Shown here piece after piece: positions 10,190 through 19,625 of a DNA stretch of 64,000 bases. This stretch comes from an uncultured Alphaproteobacteria bacterium. GTDB taxonomy: Bacteria; Pseudomonadota; Alphaproteobacteria; Rs-D84. Position 1 is the stretch's first letter, and every line of letters starts with the position of its first letter. The stretch is taken from positions 88,578-152,577 of the forward strand of contig CAMRWN010000002.1 in assembly GCA_947054455.1 (NCBI GenBank). Direction: 5' to 3'. The notes beneath the pieces were generated by a model. It saw only the letters and a list, made by a program, of their open reading frames with translations, was not told where the DNA came from and ran no database searches. Both the position numbers and the translations under genes were made by a program.

Positions 10190-10603
10190 TTACTCCGCGC
10201 CGTTTAGTGTACGCAGCATCTTCATAACCATGGCGCGTTGTTCGTCGTTGGGCAATTTCCAGTACTGTTTTATCAGTTCCAATGATTCATTCTTACTCAG
10301 CGGGTCATCTTCGGCCTGTTCTGATACGCGTATGACGCGTCCCATGCGGGTTTCTTCGGGCAGATTGCCCGGCAGGCCCTTGAAAAAGAAGGAAACGGGC
10401 GTGGCCAATGCCGTGCTGAGTTCAAACAGACGCGATGCGGAAATGCGATTCCCGGCGGTTTCGTATTTTTGAATTTGCTGGAATGTGACCCCGCAAATTT
10501 TCGCCAAATCTTTTTGCGACAGCCCCATCATCGTTCGGCGCAGCTGTACGCGCTGTCCAATATGTTCGTCGACGGATGTCGGCATGAAAGGTTTACCGCT
10601 CAT
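10190..10603 (-). CDS. XRE-family HTH transcriptional regulator
   Basis: VDEHIGQRVQLRR…GVTFQQIQKYETAGNRISASRL, a typical alphaproteobacterial XRE; SD GGAGA. Confidence 0.92.
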   Translation of the reverse strand: MSGKPFMPTSVDEHIGQRVQLRRTMMGLSQKDLAKICGVTFQQIQKYETAGNRISASRLFELSTALATPVSFFFKGLPGNLPEETRMGRVIRVSEQAEDDPLSKNESLELIKQYWKLPNDEQRAMVMKMLRTLNGAE

Positions 10604-10743
10604 TTTTATCTCCAAATCAGTATGTTTTATGAATTGCTTCCTAACAGTTATAACTAATATATACAAGTTTTCTTTTTATTTTGCAATCAAAAAAGCCTTG
10701 TGCTATTGTTTTGAACGCTAATAAATATATGGGGGAAATTATA

Positions 10744-12219
10744 ATGAAACCGTTGGTTTTGTGTATTATGGATGGTGTTGGAATTAATGCGTCGTCGCAG
10801 CATAATGCCGTGGCGATGGCAAAAATGCCGTATTTTCAGGAACTGCTGCGCAAATATCCGCATTCCGTACTGGATGCCAGCGGGCCCGCCGTGGGGCTGC
10901 CACAGGGAACCATGGGCAATTCAGAGGTTGGACATATCACAATGGGTGCCGGCCGCGTTGTAAACCAGTTCCTGCGCAGGTTCCAGCTGGAAAACTGGGA
11001 CGAAAACGTTCCGTTGCGGGATTTTTTGGCGTCGGTCAAGGCGGATGGCGGAATTGTACATCTGGCCGGATTGATGTCCGACGGGCGTGTCCATGCCGAT
11101 GTAGGCGATATTCTGGTTATTGCGCGGCGCGTGCTGGATGCGGGGCTGCGCCTGTGCATTCATTTTATTGCGGACGGGCGCGACACCCTGCCCCAGTCGG
11201 CACCGGAATATGCCGGGCTGATTCAGGAAAAACTGGCGGACGCGTTCGCGGCCGGTACGGCTTGGTGGGGAACGTTGTCGGGGCGCTATTATGCAATGGA
11301 CCGCAACCATAATGACGACCGCACGCAATTGGCGTTTGACGCGATTGCACACGCCAAAGCAGACTATACGGCGGCGACAATGGACGATGCGCTGCAGATG
11401 GCGTACGCGCGTGGCGAAACGGACGAATTCATCCAGCCGACCGTGATTGAGGGCGATGTACCCGTATCACCACGCGACGGATTCCTGTTCGGGAATTATC
11501 GCAGCGACCGCGCGCGCCAGATTGTACGCGCAATGCATGGAACCGGTGCGCACATGCTGTGCTTTTCACAGTATGGCGAAGGCCTGAACGAGCTTTGCCC
11601 GGCCCTGTTGCCGGATATCGAGGTTCGCAATACGCTGGGCGATGTTCTGGCGGCGCACGGCATGAGCCAGTTGCGCATCGCAGAGACGGAAAAGTACAAT
11701 CACGTAACATATTTCTTTGATGCGGAACGAAATGTTGATTTCCCGGGCGGGGACAAGGTTCTGGTGGCATCGCCGGATGTGGCGACGTTCGATATGAAGC
11801 CGGAAATGTCCGCGGCGGAAATCACGGATGCGTTGCTGCCGAAGCTGGCGCAGTTTGATGTTGTCATACTGAATTATGCCAATGGGGACATGGTCGGCCA
11901 CACCGGTGTCGAAGATGCGGCCGTCCGCGCAATGGAATTTTTGGATGCCCAGCTGGCGCGTCTGGTGCCGGCGGTGTTGGAAATGGGGGGCGCGGTTCTG
12001 ATTACTGCGGACCACGGTAATGCGGAAAAAATGTGGGATTTGGAAAACAATCTGCCTTGGACGGCGCATACGACCAATCCTGTGAACCTGATTGTTGTAT
12101 CAGACCGCGATGTGGCGGTGGCGAACGGCGGATTGGCGGACATTGCACCGACAATGCTGCATATGCTGGGGTTGCCCCAGCCGGCGGATATGACCGGGCA
12201 TAATCTGGTTTCGCAATAA
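10744..12219 (+). CDS. gpmI: 2,3-bisphosphoglycerate-independent phosphoglycerate mutase
   Basis: MGNSEVGH, GRYYAMDR, AETEKYNHVT, DMVGHTG, TADHGNAE. Confidence 0.97.
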   Translation: MKPLVLCIMDGVGINASSQHNAVAMAKMPYFQELLRKYPHSVLDASGPAVGLPQGTMGNSEVGHITMGAGRVVNQFLRRFQLENWDENVPLRDFLASVKADGGIVHLAGLMSDGRVHADVGDILVIARRVLDAGLRLCIHFIADGRDTLPQSAPEYAGLIQEKLADAFAAGTAWWGTLSGRYYAMDRNHNDDRTQLAFDAIAHAKADYTAATMDDALQMAYARGETDEFIQPTVIEGDVPVSPRDGFLFGNYRSDRARQIVRAMHGTGAHMLCFSQYGEGLNELCPALLPDIEVRNTLGDVLAAHGMSQLRIAETEKYNHVTYFFDAERNVDFPGGDKVLVASPDVATFDMKPEMSAAEITDALLPKLAQFDVVILNYANGDMVGHTGVEDAAVRAMEFLDAQLARLVPAVLEMGGAVLITADHGNAEKMWDLENNLPWTAHTTNPVNLIVVSDRDVAVANGGLADIAPTMLHMLGLPQPADMTGHNLVSQ

Positions 12220-12242
12220 ATAATCCCCGCAGTGTCGCGGGG

Positions 12243-12689
12243 TTATTTTTTTCGCCGCTGGGCAAAGAATTCGCGCAGCATTGCAGCCGACGCGTCCGCG
12301 TATTCCGGCATCTGATGCACGCACGGGCGCCACAGGTGCCGGTCTGTTTCATATATGCGGGCGTTTGACATTATGCCCCCGCCCTTGGCGTCGGCGGCCG
12401 CGAAATAAACATTTTGTATGCGGGCAAATGATATTGCCGTCGCGCACATCGCGCACGGTTCCAGCGAAACATATATGTCGCACCCGTCCAGAAACTTTTT
12501 CCCGGTCTTTGCGCATGCGCGCCGAATTGCCACGATTTCCGCGTGCAGTGTGGGGTCCATGCGCTGTTGCACCCGGTTTTCGCCGCGTGCTATTATTTTA
12601 CCGTCGCACACGATAACCGCGCCGATTGGAACGTCGTCGTGGGCGCGTGCGCGCGCAGCTGAAATTAATGCTTGTTTCATAAAATCCAT
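12243..12689 (-). CDS. tadA: tRNA adenosine deaminase
   Basis: HAE and LEPCAMC zinc motifs; FFAQRR C-terminus. Confidence 0.9.
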   Translation of the reverse strand: MDFMKQALISAARARAHDDVPIGAVIVCDGKIIARGENRVQQRMDPTLHAEIVAIRRACAKTGKKFLDGCDIYVSLEPCAMCATAISFARIQNVYFAAADAKGGGIMSNARIYETDRHLWRPCVHQMPEYADASAAMLREFFAQRRKK

Positions 12690-12706
12690 ACGATAAAGTA
12701 TAAGAC

Positions 12707-13273
12707 ATGGATTCAAAATTGCAAATTATTTCGGGTGCATACCGCGGACGCAAGCTGCGTCTGCCGCCAAATGCGCGTCCGACCCAGAACCGCGCCCGCA
12801 TCGCGTTGTTCAACATGCTGGATTCCGGCATATTGAACACGGCGGGCAAGTTCCGTGTTTGGGATGCGTTCGCGGGCAGCGGGGCCTTTGGCTTGGAATG
12901 TCTGTCGCGCTATGGCGGTGCGGATGTGTTTTTTACAGACACCGCACCGGATTCGATTAAAACCATTCGGGCGAATTTGGCCGCGCTGGGGGTTGATGCG
13001 CGCGCGTCCGTGTCCCAGCGCGATGCAATCGGGACCATTGGGACCCATGCCGCGACGGCTGATTTGATATTTGTTGACCCGCCATATGCGGATTCAGACC
13101 TGGGGGCGGCGTTTGTGCGCCGCGCGGCGGGTAATGTCCGCCCCGGGACGATTTTGATATGGGAACAGGATTCGCCGCGCGCCATGGCGCCGGATGAGAA
13201 TGCCTGGGAAATACTGCGCGATAAAAAATACGGTCGGGCCCGTTTTTTGATTTTGCAGCGGCGTGCGCAATAA
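12707..13273 (+). CDS. rsmD: 16S rRNA m2G966 methyltransferase
   Basis: IISGAYRGRKL, DAFAGSGA, DPPY. Confidence 0.92.
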   Translation: MDSKLQIISGAYRGRKLRLPPNARPTQNRARIALFNMLDSGILNTAGKFRVWDAFAGSGAFGLECLSRYGGADVFFTDTAPDSIKTIRANLAALGVDARASVSQRDAIGTIGTHAATADLIFVDPPYADSDLGAAFVRRAAGNVRPGTILIWEQDSPRAMAPDENAWEILRDKKYGRARFLILQRRAQ

Positions 13274-13372
13274 AAACCTTGATTTTTCAAATGTTTTAAT
13301 TCATAATTGCACCTGCGCAACACCCTTGGAGGTTGTGCATAAATCAACAAATGCTATTAAAAGGATTATAAA

Positions 13373-13993
13373 ATGGCAATCACACTGAAAGCAGATATTC
13401 GCAGCGTTGCCGGCAAGGGGGCCGCACGCAGCATCCGCAAAAATAAAAACATCCCCGCTGTCATCTATGGCGAAAAAAAGACGCCGGTCGCAATCGAATT
13501 GAACGGCCGTGATTTTGAAATGTTGCTGAAAACACCGGGTTTGCGGACAAAATTGTTCCAAATTGAAACAACCGGCGGCGTTGAAGACGCCATGCTGATG
13601 GACGTTCAGTATCATCCTGTGTCCGACGCGGTTGTTCATGTGGATTTCAAGCGCATTGATGTCAAGAGCCCGGTAAACGTTGTTGTTCCGGTAGAGGTTA
13701 TCAATGCTGAAACATCCAAGGGCCTGAAACTGGGTGGTGTGTTGAACTTTGCGGTTCGCAAGGTTGCGCTGCGCGGTTTGGTCGATGTTATTCCGGAAAA
13801 AATCACAATTGATTTGACCGACATGACAATCGGCGACGCGGTTCACGGAACCGATTTGGTTCTGCCGGCGGGCGTTGAACTGGGCCTGCACCAGGCGGAA
13901 TTGGCGTTTGCGACAATCGGCGGTAAAATGCCGGAAGAAGCGGACGCGGCCAAGGCGGCTTCTGCAGCGGCGGCGGCACCGGCCAAAAAATAA
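13373..13993 (+). CDS. rplY: 50S ribosomal protein L25/Ctc
   Basis: GKGAARSIR, IPAVIYG, QYHPV, HVDF. Confidence 0.96.
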   Translation: MAITLKADIRSVAGKGAARSIRKNKNIPAVIYGEKKTPVAIELNGRDFEMLLKTPGLRTKLFQIETTGGVEDAMLMDVQYHPVSDAVVHVDFKRIDVKSPVNVVVPVEVINAETSKGLKLGGVLNFAVRKVALRGLVDVIPEKITIDLTDMTIGDAVHGTDLVLPAGVELGLHQAELAFATIGGKMPEEADAAKAASAAAAAPAKK

Positions 13994-14061
13994 TTTGGAT
14001 TTCAAATTGTTTGTAAAAACCGCCCGTTGGGCGGTTTTTTGTATTATTTTTTTCCTGTGGT

Positions 14062-14090
14062 CTTGAAACGTGTTTTCGTGTTCACTATAT
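14062..14090 (+). promoter_or_regulatory. Candidate RpoH (sigma32) promoter of dnaK
   Basis: CTTGAA-N16-ACTATAT resembles the alphaproteobacterial RpoH consensus. Confidence 0.55.
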
Positions 14091-14124
14091 GAGTGTCAAA
14101 CAAGAGTTTCAAGGAGTGAAAAAA

Positions 14125-16023
14125 ATGGGAAAAGTATTAGGCATCGATTTGGGCACAACTAACTCCGCCATGGCATTCATGGACGGATCCGACCCGAAAA
14201 TCATTGAAAATTCCGAAGGACAGCGCACCACCCCGTCCGTTGTCGCACTGACGCCGAACGGCGAGCAGCTGGTCGGAATCACGGCCAAGAACCAGGCCGT
14301 AACCAATCCGGAAAATACCATATATGAAATTAAGCGTCTGATGGGACTGCGCTATGACAGCCCGGCGGTCAAAGAAATTGCCGCGCGCGTTCCGTATAAA
14401 ATTGTTGCGGGCGACAACGGCGACGCATGGGTTGAAATGGACGGTAAAAAATACGCCCCTTCGCAGATTTCTGCAATGATTTTGGCCAAGTTGAAAAAAG
14501 ACGCGGAAAGCTATCTGGGTGAAACCGTCAGCGACGCGGTTATAACTGTGCCTGCATACTTTAACGATTCCCAGCGCCAGGCGACCAAGGACGCCGGCCG
14601 CATTGCGGGATTGAATGTTTTGCGTATTGTCAATGAACCGACGGCGGCGGCGCTGGCGTATGGTTTGGAAAAGAACAAGAACGGCGTTATCGCGGTTTAC
14701 GATTTGGGCGGCGGTACATTTGACGTGTCCATATTGGAAATAGTCGACGGCGTGTTCGAGGTAAAATCCACAAACGGTGATACAGCGTTGGGCGGTTCTG
14801 ATTTTGACGCGCGTATTTTGGAATATCTGATTTCGGAATTCAAATCCCAGACGGGCATTGACTTGTCAAACGATAAACTGGCGCTGCAGCGCTTGAAAGA
14901 AGCGGCTGAAAAGGCAAAAATTGAACTGTCGTCGAAAACGTCGACGGATATCAACCTGCCCTTCTTGACGGCCGATGCGTCGGGTCCAAAGCACTTTAAC
15001 ACCACGCTGACCCGTGCCAAGCTGGAATCTTTGGTGGATGATTTGATTCAGCGCACAATTGAACCGTGCAAAAAGGCCTTGAAAGACGCTGGTTTGGACA
15101 AATCCCAGATTAACGAAGTTATTTTGGTCGGCGGTCAGACACGTATGCCAAAGGTTCAGGAAACCGTAAAGGAATTCTTTGGACGCGAACCGCACAAGGG
15201 CGTGAACCCGGACGAAGTTGTGTCCCTGGGGGCGGCGATTCAGGGCGGTGTTCTGAAGGGCGACGTCAAGGACGTATTGCTGCTGGACGTGACACCGCTG
15301 TCGTTGGGTATTGAAACATTGGGCGGCGTGTTTACCCGTCTGATTGACCGCAACACGACAATTCCGACCAAGAAATCACAGGTGTTCAGCACCGCCGAAG
15401 ACAACCAGTCCGCGGTTACCATCCGCGTATTCCAAGGTGAACGCGACATGGCGGCCGACAACAAACTGCTGGGGCAGTTCAATCTGGAAGGTATCGCACC
15501 CGCCCCGCGCGGCATGCCGCAAATTGAAGTGTCGTTCGACATTGACGCCAACGGCATCGTACATGTTTCCGCCAAGGACAAGGGGACCGGCAAGGAACAG
15601 GCGATTTCGATTAAGTCCGACGGCGGCCTGTCCGAAGATGAAATCAAGCGCATGGTTGACGAAGCGGCCGCCAATGCCGACGCCGACAAGAAAAAGCGCG
15701 CCATGGCCGAAGCGAAAAATGTCGCCGAAACCGCCGTATTCAGCATTGAAAAATCGCTGAAGGAACACGGCGACAAAATCAGCGCCGATGAAAAGAAGGC
15801 GATAGAAGACGCCAAGCAGGAACTGGTCGATGAACTGGCCAAGGCCGATGCAACGGCGGAAAGCCTGAAGGCGAAAACCGATGCGCTGACTGAAAAAGCG
15901 ATGAAACTGGGCGAAGCGGTCTATAAGGCGCAGCAGGAAGCCGCCGCGTCCGGCACCGATGCCGCCGCAGACCAGCCATCCGAAGATGGTACACGCGACG
16001 CGGATTTTTCGGAAAAGAAATAA
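14125..16023 (+). CDS. dnaK: Chaperone DnaK
   Basis: [27 protein letters not shown]; SD AAGGAG. Confidence 0.98.
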   Translation: MGKVLGIDLGTTNSAMAFMDGSDPKIIENSEGQRTTPSVVALTPNGEQLVGITAKNQAVTNPENTIYEIKRLMGLRYDSPAVKEIAARVPYKIVAGDNGDAWVEMDGKKYAPSQISAMILAKLKKDAESYLGETVSDAVITVPAYFNDSQRQATKDAGRIAGLNVLRIVNEPTAAALAYGLEKNKNGVIAVYDLGGGTFDVSILEIVDGVFEVKSTNGDTALGGSDFDARILEYLISEFKSQTGIDLSNDKLALQRLKEAAEKAKIELSSKTSTDINLPFLTADASGPKHFNTTLTRAKLESLVDDLIQRTIEPCKKALKDAGLDKSQINEVILVGGQTRMPKVQETVKEFFGREPHKGVNPDEVVSLGAAIQGGVLKGDVKDVLLLDVTPLSLGIETLGGVFTRLIDRNTTIPTKKSQVFSTAEDNQSAVTIRVFQGERDMAADNKLLGQFNLEGIAPAPRGMPQIEVSFDIDANGIVHVSAKDKGTGKEQAISIKSDGGLSEDEIKRMVDEAAANADADKKKRAMAEAKNVAETAVFSIEKSLKEHGDKISADEKKAIEDAKQELVDELAKADATAESLKAKTDALTEKAMKLGEAVYKAQQEAAASGTDAAADQPSEDGTRDADFSEKK

Positions 16024-16103
16024 TTCGCATCAAACAAAACAGCCCCATATTTTGTGGGGCTGTATTTTTTATCTATTATACTTTAGGAAATAGAAATCTG
16101 GTG

Positions 16104-16223
16104 CTATCTGTCGCATACCAGATTTACAACTATGTCCGTTGTTGCGTATCGGATTGAGAATCCGGCATGCTGCATCAATATTGCGCCGATTGCGATGTTG
16201 ATTATTATTCTTGATACTTTCAT
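16104..16223 (-). CDS. Small signal-peptide-like ORF (39 aa), possibly a truncated secreted-protein gene
   Basis: MKVSRIIINIAIGAILMQHAG… downstream of a structured leader. Confidence 0.35.
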   Translation of the reverse strand: MKVSRIIINIAIGAILMQHAGFSIRYATTDIVVNLVCDR

Positions 16224-16251
16224 TTTTCTTTTTCCCTTTCTGTTTTTAATT

Positions 16252-16492
16252 AAACAAAAACCACCAAGTAAGGGTGGTCGGGAAGTTAGAAAAATCATAA
16301 ATATGAATGATCCCACGGTTTTTAGTCAGTCTTTATGGCCGCGGCTTCCCAACCAATAAAAAGGTGGGATCGGAAAACACGTGGCGCGCCATTTTTTCGC
16401 TGGCATGTTTCATGTCGTGAATCAGTTGGTTCGCCACTGCATATTTATGGGATTTTCTAAGTCCCGAATCCGATATCCCTATCGAATTCAAC
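16252..16492 (-). ncRNA. Structured leader RNA ending in a terminator (copy 1 of the GGACUUAGAAAUCC motif)
   Basis: Promoter TTGTTT-N17-TATAAT, GNRA-capped hairpin at 16466-16489, 28-nt imperfect inverted repeat 16278-16305/16440-16467, CCACC/GGTGG plus T-run. Confidence 0.55.
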
Positions 16493-16569
16493 GCCAATTA
16501 TAAATGATGTTAAAAATAAAAACAAGTACTATTGTTAGATAAAAAATCCCCCGTTCGGGGGATGTGCGT

Positions 16570-17649
16570 CTACTTTGTTTCGCCGATATATATGCCCATG
16601 TCGTGCGCCACCCCCAGCAGCGGGTCGTCCGGCGACACGTACGCGCTGGACGTGCATAAATCCGGTATGTTCGGATCGTGCGCTGCGTCGCCCGCGGCAT
16701 AGAAATCCGCCAGACTGACCGTTTTGCATACGCAGTCGTTGATTGCGGTCATGACATATGTTTCATTGTTTTCAATTGCATTCAAGGCGCAGTCGGCCAT
16801 GCGCGCGGACAGTATGCGGTCGTCGGCCGTCGTGTCGCCGGAACGCTGGGTGTGTTCGGGGAATGCGGTTCTGTTTACTATTCCGGCCGCGGTCAGTTTT
16901 CTGGAAATCATGTCCGCTGGGCGGCCCGAATGACCGCGCAGCGATATTCCTTCTGATACCAGTATGATGCCATAGTCGGTCGGCGCCTGTTGAATGTGCC
17001 GTACCAATGCGTCAACATCAAATTTTATTTCCGGGATTAATATCGCGCCGGCACCGATTGCAACCCCCGCATTCAGGGCCAGCTGGCCGCAATCGCGCCC
17101 CATTGTTTGGACGACGAACCAGCGGTGATGGCTGCGCGCGGTCAGCATCAGCTGGTCGCAAAAACTTGTCAGCTGTTGCACCGCGGTGTTGAATCCGATT
17201 GTCCGGTCAGTCATTGGTATGTCCAGGTCGATGGTTTTCGGTATGCATATCAGCTGCAGGTCGGCATATATATCGCGATGCGCCCACGCCAGCGACAGGC
17301 TGCCGTTTCCGCCAACCAGAATCAGCGCGTCAAATTTTAATGAACGCAGCGATTGTTGTATTTTCTTGTTGAAATCCTTCAGGCTGCCTTCTTCGGCGGC
17401 GGTTTCGAAATTCAGGGCGCCCGCATGCCCGTTGTGCAGAAAACTTCCCGCCAAACGCGCGTTTTCAATTGGAATAACGCCCTCGTCCAATCTGATGACG
17501 CTGGGCGGTGTTGTCGACAGGCCGTCCGTTCCGTCCAATATGCCCCAAACCTGCCAACCACGCAGTGTGGCGCCGCGAACAATGCGCTGAATAACCGTGT
17601 TCAGGCCGCTGCAGTCGCCGCCTGTTGTCATTATCGCTATCTTCTTCAT
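16570..17649 (-). CDS. pfkA: 6-phosphofructokinase
   Basis: TTGGDCSGLN, GGNGS, PKTIDLD, MGRDCG. Confidence 0.93.
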   Translation of the reverse strand: MKKIAIMTTGGDCSGLNTVIQRIVRGATLRGWQVWGILDGTDGLSTTPPSVIRLDEGVIPIENARLAGSFLHNGHAGALNFETAAEEGSLKDFNKKIQQSLRSLKFDALILVGGNGSLSLAWAHRDIYADLQLICIPKTIDLDIPMTDRTIGFNTAVQQLTSFCDQLMLTARSHHRWFVVQTMGRDCGQLALNAGVAIGAGAILIPEIKFDVDALVRHIQQAPTDYGIILVSEGISLRGHSGRPADMISRKLTAAGIVNRTAFPEHTQRSGDTTADDRILSARMADCALNAIENNETYVMTAINDCVCKTVSLADFYAAGDAAHDPNIPDLCTSSAYVSPDDPLLGVAHDMGIYIGETK

Positions 17650-17748
17650 GAAATCTCCATATGTTTCCCTAAATTATATCATAAATAAGTTGACAAAGAA
17701 ATATATTTTGCTTTAATTTGTCTATAATAATAATTCAGGAGTTATCGC

Positions 17749-18903
17749 ATGTCCAAAAAGACCAGCAAATCCCGCAACGTTGGAAAAACAAAGCGTTCCA
17801 CAGACGACTTGATAGACAGCGCCATCGCACAGCAGAATTCGTGGATGGAAAATCGTCGCAAGTTTGCGCGCAGTTTCCTAAAGACATTGAACATTTTTGC
17901 GCGTCCGAACCCGAAAAAGGAAAACCAGTCCGTGGATTCGGCCGCAATAGAGGTTGCACGCCAGCGCCGCAGTGGTCTGGGGGCGTACTGGTTCCCAATC
18001 TTGTGCGCGCTCGTGGTTGTATTCATTGCGATTTGGGTGGCGTTTGTGCGCACCGCCGCGCCACGGCATGTGGTTGTGGTTCCCCCGGTACCGGAACCCA
18101 TTGTGCAAAACGTGGTTGATGCGGGTGTGCCCTCTTTTGACATTGTGCGCATAGAACCCGATGGCAATATTGTTGTCGCGGGACGCTGGGCGGCGGATAA
18201 AAATGTGTCGGTTGCAGTAAACGGACGTATTGTCGCGACCATTCGCACCGACCGCAACGGCGAATTCGTATATGCGCCCGCCAATCCCCTGGCGCCGGGT
18301 AATTACACGCTGTCCCTGGTGGGGGCGGATCCGGATACGCAATCCGCGGACAAGGTCTTTTTGTACATATCTGAACACGGATATCAGAATTCGGTGTCTC
18401 TGTTGATGACGCGCGACGGCAGCACCCTGCTCCAGGCGCCGGTGTTTTTGCGTGATGGTGATTTGACGGTTTCAAAAATTGATTATCTGGACAGCGGACG
18501 CATAGTGATTACGGGCGACGCATTGCCGCGTCTGCGCGTTTCTTTGTCGCTGGACGGGAAATACATGGGGTTTGCGCGCGTGTCCGACCATCGCCATTTC
18601 GGCCTGGGGGCGGATGTCGGCGAATTGCAGCCGGGGCGCGAATATGAACTGACGGTGCGTCTGCATGACGGCGACGGCCGGACGGTTTCAACTGTTTCGC
18701 ACAGATTCGAGATGCCGGAAATGACGGGCGACGACGACACGTTCTATACAGTGCGCCGCGGCGACTGTCTGTGGATTATCGCGCGTAATTTTCTGCGCCG
18801 CGGAATATTGTTCAGCATTATCGCCGAACGCAACAACATACTGAATCCGGATTTGATTTTCCCGAAACAGGTTTTGCAGATTCCGGTCGGAAATTCAAAA
18901 TAA
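17749..18903 (+). CDS. Membrane-anchored Ig-like/LysM peptidoglycan-binding protein
   Basis: Single TM helix, PSFDIVRIEPDG, C-terminal YTVRRGDCLWIIA…NPDLIFPKQ. Confidence 0.9.
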   Translation: MSKKTSKSRNVGKTKRSTDDLIDSAIAQQNSWMENRRKFARSFLKTLNIFARPNPKKENQSVDSAAIEVARQRRSGLGAYWFPILCALVVVFIAIWVAFVRTAAPRHVVVVPPVPEPIVQNVVDAGVPSFDIVRIEPDGNIVVAGRWAADKNVSVAVNGRIVATIRTDRNGEFVYAPANPLAPGNYTLSLVGADPDTQSADKVFLYISEHGYQNSVSLLMTRDGSTLLQAPVFLRDGDLTVSKIDYLDSGRIVITGDALPRLRVSLSLDGKYMGFARVSDHRHFGLGADVGELQPGREYELTVRLHDGDGRTVSTVSHRFEMPEMTGDDDTFYTVRRGDCLWIIARNFLRRGILFSIIAERNNILNPDLIFPKQVLQIPVGNSK

Positions 18904-18925
18904 AAAAACGCCCCTGGGCGTTTTT
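18902..18925. terminator. Bidirectional intrinsic terminator
   Basis: A7-CGCCC-ct-GGGCG-T6. Confidence 0.75.
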
Positions 18926-18948
18926 TATTTGATGCACAATTGTGCGCA

Positions 18949-19548
18949 TTACCATCCCATGCGGTTTATAAATCTGGATATGGTTGTGTGTTTGACGCAC
19001 ATTATTTTTGCAATTCTGTATTTTGTAAAACCCATATCCCATAGTTCTTTGACTTTTTTGGTGTTGCTGGAAAGTTTTAACTTCTTTGACTGCGCGGAAA
19101 ATGGCCTGCCCAATCGTTTGCCGGTCGCCCTTATGTTATCCAAAGATGCTTTCGTTCGTTGTGATATTAAATTTCTTTCAATTTCAGCAGAGAGACCGAA
19201 CGCAAACGCCATAACTTTTGATTGTATATCGTTGCCCAGCCGATAGTTTTCTTTGATTGTCCAAACCCGGCAATTTTTATTCAGACAATTTTCCAGAATC
19301 CGCATTACCTCCAACAAAGAACGGCCAAGCCGTGAAATCTCGGCCGCAATTAAAATGTCATTCGGCTGCAGTTCATCCAGCAATTGGCTTAGTTGCCGTT
19401 TGTTTAGTGGTTTACGCGAAGAAATGGTTTCCTTGACCCACCTGTCCACTGTTATATTGTTTTGCTTTGCAAACTGTTCGATTTCAAAATACTGGTGTTC
19501 ACAGGTCTGCTTGTTTGATGATACGCGAATATATCCGATAACCGACAT
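18949..19548 (-). CDS. Serine recombinase, Mpi-like DNA invertase/resolvase
   Basis: GYIRVSSNKQ, EISRLGRS, VWTIKENYRLGNDIQSKVMAFAFGLSAEIERNLISQRT, LGRP and a C-terminal HTH; SD AAGGA before 19548. Confidence 0.92.
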   Translation of the reverse strand: MSVIGYIRVSSNKQTCEHQYFEIEQFAKQNNITVDRWVKETISSRKPLNKRQLSQLLDELQPNDILIAAEISRLGRSLLEVMRILENCLNKNCRVWTIKENYRLGNDIQSKVMAFAFGLSAEIERNLISQRTKASLDNIRATGKRLGRPFSAQSKKLKLSSNTKKVKELWDMGFTKYRIAKIMCVKHTTISRFINRMGW

Positions 19549-19625
19549 TTTTAATCCTTTTGCTGTAATAAATTTAGTCCCTTTTAATAGAACGATTAAA
19601 AAAAGATTATCCGAATTCCAAGGGT

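Noticed and set aside
16278-16467. 6S RNA or MITE reading of the 28-bp inverted repeat
   Set aside because: The interior forms two branched stems rather than a 6S rod with a central bubble, there is no target-site duplication, and the short second copy fits a leader motif better. Not formally excluded.
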